This document shows positions 60,948-64,000 of a stretch of 64,000 nucleotides of DNA, one piece after another. The position numbers and the translations under genes were made by a program. Every line of letters begins with the position of its first letter. Position 1 is the first letter of the stretch. This DNA is from Octopus sinensis (lineage: Eukaryota). The notes beneath the pieces were generated by a model. That model did not search any database and was not told the origin of the DNA. It saw only the letters and a program-made list of their open reading frames with translations. The stretch covers positions 50,406,001 through 50,470,000 of the forward strand of contig NC_043010.1 in assembly GCF_006345805.1 (NCBI RefSeq), read 5' to 3'.

Positions 60948-61274
60948 CGCTAAGCATTTTGCCCAGTGTGCTAACAATTTTGTCAGCTCACCGCCTTAAC
61001 GTTATACTGATTTCCTATACGTCGCTGCAAGTAATTAAATGGCACTCATTCAAGCTAACGAAGGATCATCTATGTGGGCCTTTGATCAGCTAGAATTAAC
61101 AACCGAATATACATTGAATTAAACCATACAGTCTTAAATAACTAAAGGACAGATAAGATAATATAGTCTCTGATACTTCTAAAAAAAGATAAGACAATCA
61201 TGGAGGAAAATTTTTCTTTGATCATAGATTTGCTTATTCAGGATTGACATGAAGGCTGAGTACCAACAAGAGCT

Positions 61275-61661
61275 TTGGAAGCACTCCGTCGGTTACGACG
61301 ACGAGGGTTCCGGTTGATCCGAATCAACGGAACAGCCTGCTCGTGAAATTAACGTGTAAGTGACTGAGCACTCCACAGACACGTGTACCCTTAACGTAGT
61401 TGTCGGGGATATTCAGCGTGACACAGAGAGTGACAAGGCCGGCCCTTTGAAATACAGGTACAACAGAAACAGGAAGTAAGACTGAGAGAAAGTTGTGGTG
61501 AAAGAGTACAGCAGGGATCACCACCATCCCCTGTCGGAGCCTCGTGGAGCTTTAGGTGTTTTCGCTCAATAAACACTCACAACGCCCGGTCTGGGAATCG
61601 AAACCGCGATCCTATGACCGCGAGTCCGCTGCCCTAACCACTGGGCCATTGCGCCTCCACG
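61275..61661 (-). mobile_element. SINE family C, full length with 12-bp TSD
   Basis: TSD CCAACAAGAGCT at 61263-61274 and 61662-61673; tRNA-like head GGAGGCGCAATGGCCCAGTGGTTAGGGCAGCGGACTCGCGG. Confidence 0.93.
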
Positions 61662-62189
61662 CCAACAAGAGCTATAACAAAAACAACAACTGAAGTATAA
61701 AAATGCTAGTTAACAACAATCAAAGACATAAATTACAAAAATAGTGATTAAAAACGTATTATTTTTATAATTGTTTACTTCAGAAAAAACTGAAGGACCG
61801 CTGCAATAAGTGTGTGAATCGGCGAGGGGAAATATGTTGGATAAAATCATAATTAACTGATCCTCCTGTATTTTCTTTTACCCAAAGCCAGGGACTTTTC
61901 AGCACTCCCTCATACCTGTGTACTTTGGGTATGTACAGTGTTTTATTTTGATTTCGTATTTTGCTCTTCTATTTACTCTGTCCTACAGAAGTGTTTTTTA
62001 GTCGTATTTTCTGTGTGCTGTGCATCTGTACAAGTCCCGACATCTTAATTACGCATTTGTCCACATCCTTTTTAATCAGTCCCGAGTTACCTGTTACTGC
62101 TGGGGTACTTTCTGCCTTCAGTCCCCACATGTTCTGTCTTCAGTTCCCACATTTCTATTTGCATATTTTTGCATTTCATTCTTTTGTCC

Positions 62190-62351
62190 TTTTATTTCAT
62201 TTACTTGTTTCAGTCTTCAGACTGCGGCCTTGCTGGAGCACCGCTCTGACGATTTTTAGTCCATATACTTGACCCCAGTAGTTATTTTAAAGCCTGCTAC
62301 TTTATCTATCGGGATCCCTTACAGTAATTACAGGGGCATAAACAAACCAAC
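62190..62351 (-). mobile_element. SINE family A, 3' part
   Basis: TTTACTTGTTTCAGTCTTCAGACTGCGGCCTTGCTGGAGCACCGC. Confidence 0.75.
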
Positions 62352-64000
62352 ACTGGTTTCCAGTCCATATTCATGTGGGATCGTAGTGTAAAGGTTTATT
62401 ACATCAAAGGAGACGATTAAAGTGTCTTTATCGGTATGTTTAGGGAGATGATTTAATAGGTCCAGGTCATCTCTTACAATACTTGGAATGTGTTTCAGTA
62501 TTGATTTTAGGATGATATCGATAAAGTTGCTAAGTCTGTGTCTTTCACAGCTTGGGCCTGCCACTATTAGTCTCAGTTTGAGATCAGTGGGATGTGGTAT
62601 AGTGATGCAGGTTGAAGTGGACTTTTTGCAAGCTTCTATGATAATTTTACTCTTGTGTATCTTTGGAAGCCCATAGAGCGTGCTGGTTTTGCAATTAAAG
62701 TTTGTTATGTAGTCGCATTCCTTTGCTGTTAAGTCATTCCGGTGTTGGTAAATGAGTGCCTTCAATTTGGTCATTGTTTTGGATTGTTGGTAGTTAACTA
62801 CTCTTTCATAGTAGGCAGTATCTTGTAAAAGGTGAGATACAGAGTTTTTATATTGTTCAGTATTCATAATAACGACAGTACTACCCTTATCTGCTTCCTT
62901 TATTGTGACGTCATGATTATCTCGTAGCGTATGGATGATTTCCCATTCTCTTTTACTGGTGTTGGGTTTGGGTTTAGGTTGTGGGAGTTCACCATAAGGG
63001 AAGTTTGAGATGTAGTCGCAAAAATTTGTCTAAGGTTTTGTTTCTGCCTTTTATGGGATTATAGCTGCTTTTGTTACGAACCATTGATTCGTCGTTATTA
63101 GTTTCTATGTCAAAAAATTCCTCTGTGAAGCGTAATTTTCTGCAAAAGTGTGAGATGTCATCCTGTATTTCCCTCAGGTTAGGGTATTGCGGAGTAGAGG
63201 CGAATTTTAGTCCTTTTGAAAGGATTTTTATTTGTGGTGTCGACAGGTTTAGGTTTGAGAGATTCACTATTTTTGGTTTTTCGGGGTTGGTATCTACCAT
63301 CTGGTGTCGTGGAAACTGATGCCCTTGCCTAAAAAATTATTCCTGGGGGTTCTTCTATCTGCGGTATTTTGGTGTGTATGGTCCTTTCCCTCGTTGATAT
63401 GTTGTCTGCTGAAGAGGTTTTGGTTGTTCCAGAGTCTGGGTTGTTGGCGTGGCCTACTGGAAGCGTTTTGGATATTCCAGGTTCTGGGTTTTTCGTACTG
63501 GGTGTAATATTGGTTCCTTAGAGTGGGTTGGAAACCACATTCATGGTTTAGAGGTGAATTCTTATATGTTGGGAGGGAACTCCGAGTTTGGAACGATTTG
63601 GGTTGGGATCTACAATCATAGTCTAGAGGTAAGTTTCTAAGTGATGGGTAGGATCTCCGATTCTGGAACGGTTCTAGTGTGGGTTGGGGTCTACATTGTC
63701 TGGTAAAGTTTTGTCTTGTGTTGGTGGGTGTCTGGGTTCTTTTGATGGGATTGTAGTGCTGTCTGTAAGTTCTGTTATTGTTGTCATTGTTAGGGGTGGT
63801 ACGTGTTCGGTGTTTTGTGATATGTTTTCTTTGTTTTTGGTGAGGGGTGTGAGTTGAAGTTAATATTTTAAAATATGGGTTGCTTGTACGGTGTTCGTTT
63901 TTGAACTCTGTTTCATAACTGGCGAACCTCGTTGGAGGGATGTTAGTTCTTCATCCTCGCAGTTTTTTCTCCAGAGTTTGGTGGTTTTATCAAGGAGTGC
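62352..64000 (-). pseudogene. Penelope-like element N-terminal and RT region, frameshifted, runs off the window edge
   Basis: IVNLSNLNLS...ILSKGLKF, KEADKGSTVVIM, LYGLPKIHK, RLIVAGP and SFDVINLYTTIPHEYGL; truncated at the SINE. Confidence 0.9.

Noticed and set aside
61580-61658. tRNA genes at SINE heads (also 54914 and 16817)
   Set aside because: A and B boxes are present, but they continue into multicopy SINE bodies with TSDs and have no proper acceptor stem or terminator.
61793-61855. Next ferritin exon (KKLKDRCNKCVNRRGEI resembling YQNKRGG)
   Set aside because: Lacks the YF.R.DVAL and EEREH segments that must follow the 58478 donor; no clear donor site.

Overview
Animal genomic DNA, most consistent with an octopus or other coleoid cephalopod (inferred from the tRNA-derived SINE families, TTAGGG repeats and extreme microsatellite load). 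It is almost entirely repeat-derived intronic or intergenic sequence, with a 100-N gap at 33807-33906. Nearly every ORF in the supplied track is a microsatellite or SINE artefact. The only credible host-gene signal is an 80-nt spliced exon at 58399-58478 (+) encoding ferritin helix A. Retroelements: about 35 SINE copies from at least five families, plus CR1/L2-like, RTE, Tx1/L1 and several Penelope-like (PLE) fragments. DNA elements: a TIR- and TSD-bounded Merlin, a near-complete Tc1, a deleted mariner, hAT fragments, several MITEs and foldbacks, non-autonomous Helitrons and a Helentron-type HINE. The most interesting structure is a dense set of hammerhead-ribozyme (HHR) motifs from several sequence families, many at the centre of head-to-head inverted repeats and one split by an inversion. 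Also notable are a composite MITE that appears to have moved captured flanking DNA, a SINE sharing its 3' tail with a LINE in the same window, and a roughly 1-kb PLE remnant that has lost most of its G/C. All classifications are by eye from motifs; no database searches were run, so novelty at family level is unverified.
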